DNA of 64,000 nt from Bryobacterales bacterium (GTDB lineage Bacteria > Acidobacteriota > Terriglobia > Bryobacterales > UBA6623), in contig JAPOOG010000077.1 of NCBI GenBank assembly GCA_026713545.1, forward strand, positions 37,238-101,237, given 5' to 3'. The translations under genes were made by a program, and so were the position numbers. Below are positions 58,101 through 64,000 of the stretch, piece by piece (the first letter of the stretch is position 1; each line of letters starts with the position of its first letter). The notes below the pieces were generated by a model. The model was given only the letters and a program-made list of their open reading frames with translations. It did no database searches and was not told the origin of the DNA.

Positions 58101-58617
58101 CTCGGGGCCGTTGAAGCACATCATCGGCGGCTGGCAGTCGAACGGCATCCTGTCGCTGCGTTCGGGCTTCCCGTTCACCGTCGTGAACCCCAGGGGCGAC
58201 CTGAATGTTTCCGACTCCAATATCCGCCCGGACCGGCTTGCCGACGGAGCGCTCTCCAATGCCACGAGAAAGCTGTGGTATGACCCGACGGCGTTCCAGA
58301 GGGTGACCTGCGATGTCCCGGAACTGGTGGCCGACCGCTGCCACTTCGGCGACGCCGGTTACAACATCCTCGATTCGCCGGGGCAGGTGAACCTGGACTT
58401 CGGACTCTTCAAGAACTTCCCGATCACCGAGAACGTGAGGCTCCAGTTCCGCTGGGAGCTGTTCAACGCCACGAACACCCCGTACTTCGGCGCTCCGGGG
58501 GGCATCTCGTTCTCCAACACCAATCAGCTCGTGCCCGACGGCTCGCGCAACGGTGAGATCCGGAGTATCCGGACGCCCATGAGGATTCAGCAATTCGCGC
58601 TGAAGCTCTTCTTCTAG
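55138..58617 (+). CDS. TonB-dependent receptor with carboxypeptidase-regulatory-like domain (paralog 1)
   Basis: Signal peptide. GLVTDATGAVIPGASVTLTNRDTGVTSTIQTNETGNYSFPQVPVGNYDLSCQLEGFKT, plug-like LNGRNIVQLAVMVPGV...VSLDGVDAKD, and the C-terminal ...IQQFALKLFF. Confidence 0.85.
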   Translation: MEGKALRKLPLLLAAVLLVAGLLAPNLSGQAITQTIQGLVTDATGAVIPGASVTLTNRDTGVTSTIQTNETGNYSFPQVPVGNYDLSCQLEGFKTDSVTNQRVETGAQVRIDLSLEIGDVTETVEVSAAAITLNTENAVVGGVVENKRVTELPLNGRNIVQLAVMVPGVQYGQRTGMNDGQGGFPIPGAGYSVSANGQREIHQVVSLDGVDAKDPRIHITNFVPSIEAIEEFKIQTNAYSAEVGFGGGAVTSITMKSGTNEFHGTLFEFLRNEALDAEHYFLNFELAAGEARRPKQQLRRNQYGAVLSGPIVKNKTFWAFNWEGRRERTSSVQSAWFPDSTFKSGDYSRFAMPTPRSAGGFRDPIILYDVYTGEPFMNNVIPASRLHPGSQTTMSELLPAPCFQQQDPLDFTCRDNIVQPINLDQYYGRVDHHFSDKDRIFGRYQLASGERALNNINPKRARIDSNDVYNLASQWIHTFNQNAINEFRFGFNLAGTNPFHYFTNTDFDSDSLGIGLIRVAGDNNRKLTPLETGPPHISGARFPWSVNGNLNQLDTYQFSDHLSIIRGSHNLKVGGEYYYITMDRAAANLPTGRYTFNAAQSGDGFASFLLGLPSRTETAEGWPRTVPRAGRQAYYVNDDWKATSKLTLNLGLRLEYVGNSQDALGLQRVVAFPGEPYNRGPYFTDPETGQQIPTFFPEPVNVPEGKVNLWQQQGVFYQPRLGVAYRPAEGWVVRVGGGYFSNIDHMNTWTILNLNPPLSGSNNFEAVTDASGSITVDGASGPVNRTLRMFRPGNPIITLNDPFLQEVGAAASPRNINTLTTPSDQKTGNVVKWSFDIQRELPFETSLTVGYVGSKGSHAGNSVRNYNSPLPSPDNNIQRNRPWRRVYDPATPELGVQSLAVIRYLDSFANTFHHGLQMKLDKRYSNGLAFGVAYTFSKSHGDGENGGQQGAQFQNPRNCLTCDRGRFRFDQRHNLVSHFVWEMPGQNLSGPLKHIIGGWQSNGILSLRSGFPFTVVNPRGDLNVSDSNIRPDRLADGALSNATRKLWYDPTAFQRVTCDVPELVADRCHFGDAGYNILDSPGQVNLDFGLFKNFPITENVRLQFRWELFNATNTPYFGAPGGISFSNTNQLVPDGSRNGEIRSIRTPMRIQQFALKLFF

Positions 58618-58639
58618 ACGTTTCCAACCCTTAACCAGC

Positions 58640-58673
58640 GGGCCGGCCCTCGGGCCGGCCCGTTTTGTTTTTT
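58640..58673 (+). terminator. rho-independent terminator after TBDR paralog 1
   Basis: GGGCCGGCC CTCG GGCCGGCCC followed by GTTTTGTTTTTT. 9-bp GC stem, 4-nt loop, T-tract. Located 23 nt after the stop. Confidence 0.85.
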
Positions 58674-58748
58674 AGGCTCGGTTCAAGACGCGCGCTTTGT
58701 CCGGGCACGGCCTGCCCAGGAGCCGCAGGCCCGATATGCAGGGCCAAG

Positions 58749-58812
58749 GCTTTTCACGAATCACGAGACACGAATCACGGCTTTTATCTTTTTCGCGAAT
58801 CACGTTTTTTTG
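58749..58812 (+). repeat. module B heptad array
   Basis: GCTTTTCACGAATCACGAGACACGAATCACGGCTTTTATCTTTTTCGCGAATCACGTTTTTTTG. Confidence 0.85.
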
Positions 58813-58821
58813 TAGCCTGAA

Positions 58822-58848
58822 GGTACTGAAGCCCTTCAGTCTTGTTTT
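58822..58848 (+). repeat. module A hairpin plus T-tract, copy 3
   Basis: GGTACTGAAGCCCTTCAGTCTTGTTTT. Confidence 0.8.
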
Positions 58849-58861
58849 GCCTCCCCGGCCG

Positions 58862-58999
58862 GCCTAGCATGAGGTCAGCGAGGCGAAAATCCTGCCGCGT
58901 GGCAAGGCAAAGTGCATGAGAGGGCCGGCAGGACGAGGCGCAAGCCGCCCGCGCCGGCGACACCGCCTGTAAGCCTTTTTACGAATCACGGCCTTTACC
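58862..58999 (+). repeat. degenerate R1-related segment (copy 10) ending in a heptad unit
   Basis: ...CTAGCATGAGGTCAGCGAGGCGAAAATCCTGCCGCGTGGCAAGGCAAAGTGCATGAGAGGGCCGGCAGGACGAGGCGCAAGCCGCC ... CTTTTTACGAATCACGGCC. Confidence 0.65.
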
Positions 59000-59070
59000 G
59001 CCGTTCGGTTCGTCGCGTGTGCGAATGGTTCACAAGACAAAACCCACCGCCCGGAACGCCGTACCCGCCG

Positions 59071-59200
59071 ACAAGTCACTGCTTCCCTGCCCACCATTTC
59101 CCACTATTTCCCGGCATTTCCCGGTAAATAAATTGCCCTTGAGCCAGTGTCCGAGCACCGTCAGCCGTTCTCGGTCTGCTTCACGACGAGCGCCGTTCGC
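59071..59200 (+). repeat. module C copy 3 (10-bp phased array plus AT-box plus conserved tail)
   Basis: AAGTCACTGCTTCCCTGC CCACCATTTC CCACTATTTC CCGGCATTTC CCGGTAAATAAATTGCCCTTGAGCCAGTG ... CGTCAGCCGTTCTCGGTCTGCTTCACGACGAGCGCCGTTCGCC. Confidence 0.85.
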
Positions 59201-59350
59201 CTGTATATCTCACCAAGTGGCAAGGCGAAGTCTATCCGGGTCACGAGACACGAACCACGAAATGCTGCCTTCCCCCATTGATCACGGCAAGCCAGCGCAA
59301 CGAAGTCATGGCGGTCTGATCGTGTGCTGCGGCTATCGCGACATGATTCC
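59200..59350 (+). repeat. R1 element, copy 11 (degenerate)
   Basis: CCTGTATATCTCACCAAGTGGCAAGGCGAAGT ... CACGGCAAGCCAGCGCAACGAAGTCATGGCGGTCTGATCGTGTGCTGCGG ... The right terminus is eroded. Confidence 0.65.
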
Positions 59351-59635
59351 AAGCCGGGAAAGGAGCAGGTTCTGAATCGCGATGACAATCTTGCATATCC
59401 GCTTGACATCAATTGTTGAATCGTGATAGGGTCGCCGTGGGGTGGTTAGAGGTTTGAGTGCCGCCGGAGTTCGGAACTCGAAGCTGTCTAGGCCGATGTT
59501 CCATCGTCGCGCGGGTGCCTCACTGTTCATGCTCGACTCGTGGTTGCGCTCTTGACTACGGGTAGAGTGTGGCTGCCCGGCTTGTTCCATCGAAACAGAC
59601 CAAACCTTTCTCATTAACGGAGGAGACGAAATTCT

Positions 59636-62600
59636 GTGACCATAAAAAAACCTTGGGGATGGCTGTTCTTTTTACTGGCGCTTTCCCTGTTGATCCACAC
59701 GCCTGCGCTGAAAGCGCAGTCGACTACCCAGACCGTCCAGGGTCTGGTAAGCGATGCGACCGGCGCTGTGATCCCCGGTGCGACGATCAGCTACATGAAC
59801 CTCGACACCGGTGTCTCGCAGTCGGTGCAATCCAATGCGACCGGGAACTACACGTTTACGCTGGTTCCCGTCGGCAACTATGAAATCACGTGTCAGTTGG
59901 AAGGCTTCAAGACCAACACCACGCCCAACCAGCGCGTAGAGACCGGCGCTCAGGTGCGCGTTGACTTTACGCTCGAGATCGGTGACGTTACCGAGACCGT
60001 CGAAGTGTCGGCCGCCGCCGTCACCCTGCAGACGGAGAATGCGACCGTCGGCGCGGTGGTGGAGAACCGGCGCATTATCGAGCTGCCGCTGAACGGCCGC
60101 AACATCGTGCAGTTGGCGGTGTTGGTGCCGGGCGTGCAGTATGGACAACGCTCGGGCATGGCCACCGGTGAAGGCGGCTTCCCGGTCCCCGGCGCGAGCT
60201 ACTCGGTAAGCGCCAACGGTGTCCGCGAGATCCACCAGGTCGTCAGTCTGGACGGTGTGGACGCCAAGGACCCGCGCATTCACATCACGCCCTTCGTGCC
60301 GTCGATCGAGGCCATCGAGGAGTTCAAGATCACGACCAGCGCCTACAACGCCGAAGTCGGCTTCGGGGGCGGAGCCGTGACCAACATCACGATGAAGAGC
60401 GGGACGAACGAGCTGCACGGCACGCTGTTCGAGTTCCTCCGTAACGACAAGCTCGACGCCGACCCGTACTTCTTGAACTTCGAGCGGCCGGCCGACCAGC
60501 AGCGGGAGAAAAACAAGCGCATCCGCAACCAGTTCGGCTTCGTCGTCAGCGGCCCCATCAAGAAGAACAAGACGTTCTTCATGGCCGACATCGAAAGCCG
60601 TCAGGACCGCAATACGGGTGTTTCGGAGGCCTGGTTCCCGCTGAATGAGATGCGCGGCGGAGACTTCAGCGAGCTGTTGACCGGAACGATCAACCCGGAA
60701 ACGGGCAACCTGTTCCGTCGTCCCCTCGTCATCTACGATGCCTTTACGGGCGATCCTTTCCCGAACAACGTCATCCCGCAGGACCGGCTGCATCCGGGCG
60801 TAGTCAACAACTTCTTGCCGCAGCTCGTTCCGCAGGCGGACTTCCGGGATACGCTGGGCGATCCGCTGGCGCCGACCGTGCGCAAGGGGATCGTGAACCT
60901 GGTGGATTCGACGCAGTACTACGGCCGGATCGATCACCACTTCAGCGACGCCGATCGTGTTTTCGGGCGGCTGGCGTGGGACGACTCCTTCCGTCCGGGC
61001 CCGACCATCAATCCCAACTTCTCCAACGACTGGGTCATCGATGCCCAGAACCTGGCTACGCAGTGGATCCACACGTTTAACCAGAACATGATCAACGAGC
61101 TGCGCTTCGGGTTCAGCTTCTCGAACAACGATCTGGTGCACCCGCGGACGAACGACGAGAGCTTCAACATGGATGATTTCGGTATCGGCAGGTACCGCGT
61201 CTTTGGCGATGGCAACCGTACGCTGACGCCCTTCGAGCAGGGCGTCGTCCAGACTTACGGCGCTGGGATTCCCGCTATGCGTGACAACAGCATCACGAAC
61301 AAGATGGACAGCCTGCAGGCCGGTGACCATGTCTCGCTCATCAAGGGAAGTCACAACCTCAAGTTCGGCGGCGAGATGTACCGGGTTTCGATCGAGCGCG
61401 CCGCGGCGAACTTCGCGACCGGCCGCATTACGATGGGCGCCCGTGAGAGCGGACACAACTTCGCTTCGTTCCTGCTGGGACTACCGACGTCGACGCTGTC
61501 CGCGGAGGGCGTGCCGTTCACGTTCGTGCGGGCGATTCGACAGGGCTACTATGTCCACGACGACTGGAAAGTGAATTCCAGGCTCACCTTGAACATGGGC
61601 CTGCGCTTCGAGTATCTCGGTAACCCGCGCGATATCGCGGGTCTGTGGCGAACCATCAACTTCCCGGGCGAAGATCACCCCGCAGGCAGGGATGGATTCA
61701 ACGGCCAGGGCTACACCGATCCGGAAACGGGGGAGAGGGTCGTGACGGCTGGCCCCACCTACGTCGATGAGCGCGGTGGAGTGAAGCTCTGGAAGCAGGA
61801 CATCAAGTTCTTCATGCCGCGGCTGGGCGTAGCCTATCGGCCGGCGAACGGCTGGGTGCTTCGCGCCGGTGCCGGTTGGTACGCCAACTTGATGCACCAG
61901 AACAACTTCACGATCCTCAACCTGATGCCGCCCAAGTCGGGCTCTCTCGAGTTCCAGCAGGTGACCGACTTCAGCCGGTCGTTGATGGTCACGGGGGTTG
62001 ACGGTGAAACGTATCGATCCGATACGAGGATGCTCCGAGCGGGAGCGCCCCTCATCACGCTCAACGATCCCTTCGCTGAGCAGGGTGGAGGCGTGGCGGT
62101 TGAGAAGCCGGTCCGTACTTATCACGTCAAACCCGATTACAAGGACGGCGACACCTGGCGGTGGAGCATGGACGTCCAACGGGACCTGGGTTGGAACACG
62201 GCCCTGACGGTTGGCTATGTGGGCAGCAAGAGCACCCACGTCGCGAACAGCTTCTGGAACTGGAACAACCCGCTGCCCTCCCCGGATACCAATGTCCAGG
62301 CGAACCGGCCGTTCCCGCGGTTCTTCGACGAGTCGACCCCGTCGCTGGGGGTGCAGGGAGTCGCCAATATCCGCTATCTCGACAGCTACGGTGACACCAA
62401 CCACCACGGCTTCCAGGCCAAACTCGAAAAGCGGTATTCGTCGGGTGTGACCTTCGGCATGTCCTACACCTGGAGCAAGACGCTGGGGAACGGCGAAGCC
62501 GGAGGCAACCAGCACGCCTACCATCAGAACTCCCGCCTCGACCGCTCTTCGACGAGGGGACGCCTGCGTTTCGACCAGCAGCACATGTTGGTCTCGCACT

Positions 62601-63145
62601 GGGTCTGGGATATGCCGGGACGGAACCTCTCGGGACCGTTGAAGTACATCCTGGGCGGTTGGCAGAACAACGGTATCCTGTCGTTCCGTTCGGGATTCCC
62701 GATGAACATCACCAACAACTTCAGGGATCTGAACCTTGCGGACAGTACCTCCATCCGGCCGGATCTGACTGGGGACTGGAAGATCTCGAACCCGAACAGG
62801 AAGCTGTGGTACAACACGCAGGCTTTCCAACGGGTGACGTGCAACATTCCGGAACTGGTGTCGACTCACTGCCACTTTGGCGACTTGGGTTACGCCGTGC
62901 TCACGACGCCGGCACAGGGGCAACTGGATTTCGGGTTCTTCAAGAACATCCCGATCGGCGAGCGTTTCCGGATCCAGTTCCGCTCGGAGTTCTTCAACGC
63001 GACCAATTCGCCGTGGTTCGGCGCCCCGGGTAATATTTCGTTCTCAAGCGTGAGTCTCGTTCCTGACGGGGCTCGCAACGGCGAGATCCGCAGCACGCGT
63101 TCGAATATGCGGATTATCCAGTTCGGGCTGAAGCTCCACTTCTAG
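59636..63145 (+). CDS. TonB-dependent receptor with carboxypeptidase-regulatory-like domain (paralog 2)
   Basis: GTG start preceded by GGAGGAG. GLVSDATGAVIPGATISYMNLDTGVSQSVQSNATGNYTFTLVPVGNYEITCQLEGFKT. Collinear with paralog 1 throughout. C-terminal ...IIQFGLKLHF. Confidence 0.85.
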   Translation: MTIKKPWGWLFFLLALSLLIHTPALKAQSTTQTVQGLVSDATGAVIPGATISYMNLDTGVSQSVQSNATGNYTFTLVPVGNYEITCQLEGFKTNTTPNQRVETGAQVRVDFTLEIGDVTETVEVSAAAVTLQTENATVGAVVENRRIIELPLNGRNIVQLAVLVPGVQYGQRSGMATGEGGFPVPGASYSVSANGVREIHQVVSLDGVDAKDPRIHITPFVPSIEAIEEFKITTSAYNAEVGFGGGAVTNITMKSGTNELHGTLFEFLRNDKLDADPYFLNFERPADQQREKNKRIRNQFGFVVSGPIKKNKTFFMADIESRQDRNTGVSEAWFPLNEMRGGDFSELLTGTINPETGNLFRRPLVIYDAFTGDPFPNNVIPQDRLHPGVVNNFLPQLVPQADFRDTLGDPLAPTVRKGIVNLVDSTQYYGRIDHHFSDADRVFGRLAWDDSFRPGPTINPNFSNDWVIDAQNLATQWIHTFNQNMINELRFGFSFSNNDLVHPRTNDESFNMDDFGIGRYRVFGDGNRTLTPFEQGVVQTYGAGIPAMRDNSITNKMDSLQAGDHVSLIKGSHNLKFGGEMYRVSIERAAANFATGRITMGARESGHNFASFLLGLPTSTLSAEGVPFTFVRAIRQGYYVHDDWKVNSRLTLNMGLRFEYLGNPRDIAGLWRTINFPGEDHPAGRDGFNGQGYTDPETGERVVTAGPTYVDERGGVKLWKQDIKFFMPRLGVAYRPANGWVLRAGAGWYANLMHQNNFTILNLMPPKSGSLEFQQVTDFSRSLMVTGVDGETYRSDTRMLRAGAPLITLNDPFAEQGGGVAVEKPVRTYHVKPDYKDGDTWRWSMDVQRDLGWNTALTVGYVGSKSTHVANSFWNWNNPLPSPDTNVQANRPFPRFFDESTPSLGVQGVANIRYLDSYGDTNHHGFQAKLEKRYSSGVTFGMSYTWSKTLGNGEAGGNQHAYHQNSRLDRSSTRGRLRFDQQHMLVSHWVWDMPGRNLSGPLKYILGGWQNNGILSFRSGFPMNITNNFRDLNLADSTSIRPDLTGDWKISNPNRKLWYNTQAFQRVTCNIPELVSTHCHFGDLGYAVLTTPAQGQLDFGFFKNIPIGERFRIQFRSEFFNATNSPWFGAPGNISFSSVSLVPDGARNGEIRSTRSNMRIIQFGLKLHF

Positions 63146-63188
63146 TCCGTATCAAAACATCCAACCGGAGCCTTCACGGCTCCGCGAA

Positions 63189-63220
63189 GGGCCGGCCCGC
63201 AACGGGCCGGCCCTTTCTTC
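63189..63220 (+). terminator. rho-independent terminator after TBDR paralog 2
   Basis: GGGCCGGCCC GCAAC GGGCCGGCCC followed by TTTCTTC. 10-bp GC stem. The T-tract is weaker than at 58640. Confidence 0.7.
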
Positions 63221-63328
63221 ATCTTCATGTGCAGCCTTGCAGCGCCCGTGGCTCCACGGTCCGCTTCCCGCCCGCTCTCCTTCCCTCCAGCCCTTCTATA
63301 ATCGGGTTCTTATCCGGCCTGCCGGCAT

Positions 63329-64000
63329 ATGCCCAGCACCTCGCGAAGGAAAAACAACTGGCGACTGCGCAGGGAAGAAGCGCTCCAACGTCTCGGACCC
63401 GGCGCGGGAGCGATCATCGCCTTCCTGGCGATCGCCATCGTCGGGAGCCTGCTCTCGCCCACCTTCCTGACGCAGCGCAACGTCACCAACGTGATGCGGC
63501 AAACCGCGATGCTCGGCGTGGTCACGGTGGGAATGACCTTCGTCATTCTGACCGCCGGCATCGACCTTTCCGTGGGCATGGTGCTGAGCTTCACGAGCGT
63601 GGCCGCCGCCATGTTGTTCGACAACGGACAGGGTTTGCCTCTGCCCGTCGTCTTCCTGGCGACGCTCGCTCTCGGCTCGGTGATCGGCGCATTCAACGGT
63701 TTCATGATCATCTGGCGCGGCGCCGCGCCCTTCGTGGTCACCCTGGCGATGATGGCCATCGCCGGCGGCGCAGCACTCACCGTATCCGGCGGCAAACCTA
63801 TTGGCGGCATCCAGGGGACCTATGCCTGGCTGGGGGCCGGTTCTGTCGGTCCGGTCCCCGTGCTGGTCTTGATCATGCTCGCCGTGTTCCTGTTGGGAGC
63901 ACTCGTCCTGCGCTACACGCCCTACGGACGGCACGTCTACGCCGTTGGCGGAAACGAGGAAGCCTCGCGCCTTTCCGGCATCGCGGTCGATCGCGTCAAG
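63329..64000 (+). CDS. sugar ABC transporter permease (RbsC/BPD_transp_2 family), 3' end beyond the window
   Basis: Own translation from ATG 63329: MPSTSRRKNNWRLRREEALQRLGPGAGAIIAFLAIAIVGSLLSPTFLTQRNVTNVMRQTAMLGVVTVGMTFVILTAGIDLSVGMVLSF...RHVYAVGGNEEASRLSGI. The TAGIDLSVG and GGNxxAxxxSGI blocks are typical of ribose-type permeases. The ORF is open to position 64000. Confidence 0.8.
   Translation, partial: MPSTSRRKNNWRLRREEALQRLGPGAGAIIAFLAIAIVGSLLSPTFLTQRNVTNVMRQTAMLGVVTVGMTFVILTAGIDLSVGMVLSFTSVAAAMLFDNGQGLPLPVVFLATLALGSVIGAFNGFMIIWRGAAPFVVTLAMMAIAGGAALTVSGGKPIGGIQGTYAWLGAGSVGPVPVLVLIMLAVFLLGALVLRYTPYGRHVYAVGGNEEASRLSGIAVDRVK

Noticed and set aside
3538-59350. The recurrent peptide FSPRGEAKCVRGPSGRGAS / RPDGPLTHFASPRGEKCR as a small protein family.
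   Set aside because: It is the translation of the R1 repeat in two strands. The ORFs have no consistent start or stop and no RBS, and the conservation is at nucleotide level, including the non-coding termini.
59400-59635. A riboswitch (for example cobalamin) in the leader of TBDR paralog 2.
   Set aside because: I could not find a B12-box or any other diagnostic riboswitch core by eye. Confirming or excluding one would need cmscan.

Overview
High-GC (about 60-65% by eye) bacterial chromosome segment. The gene content suggests an Acidobacteriota-like organism: three 1030-1170-aa TonB-dependent receptors with carboxypeptidase-regulatory-like N-termini and no SusD partner, a DUF1501 protein, a sulfatase plus formylglycine-generating enzyme, and many Tat or Sec-exported hydrolases. 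This taxonomic guess is inference only. About 50 protein genes are supported, mostly housekeeping or metabolic (trpD, sucCD, ndk, pta, apaH, rhaM, dehydrogenases, peptidases, transporters). No rRNA, tRNA, CRISPR array, transposase or integrase was recognised.

Four things are not explained by ordinary genes.

1. A dense, mosaic population of intergenic repeat modules.
   - The main family, here called R1, is a 150-180-nt inverted-repeat element with 11 copies, all in the same orientation.
   - A second family, module D, is a hairpin module with 4 copies.
   - Other modules are CACGAAT heptad arrays, 10-bp phased A/T arrays, and a small hairpin followed by a T-tract.
   - Some copies sit inside coding sequence with the reading frame still open: R1 in a DUF3891 gene and module D in a peptidase-like gene.
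   - Some copies supply or abut stop codons.
2. A 2.2-kb AT-rich single-gene island at 13864-16035.
   - It encodes a PrrC/RloC-like (AAA_13-type) ABC/SMC ATPase with a degenerate Walker A motif and one in-frame TAA.
   - It appears to sit in the remains of a response-regulator receiver gene.
3. A small, decayed toxin-antitoxin cluster at 38728-40441.
   - vapC and hicA are frameshifted.
   - The ORF in the antitoxin position carries an in-frame TGA.
4. A roughly 200-bp duplicated 3' end of an MFS transporter gene that brackets one TonB-dependent receptor gene.

All functional calls come from motif recognition in the supplied translations. No database search was run.
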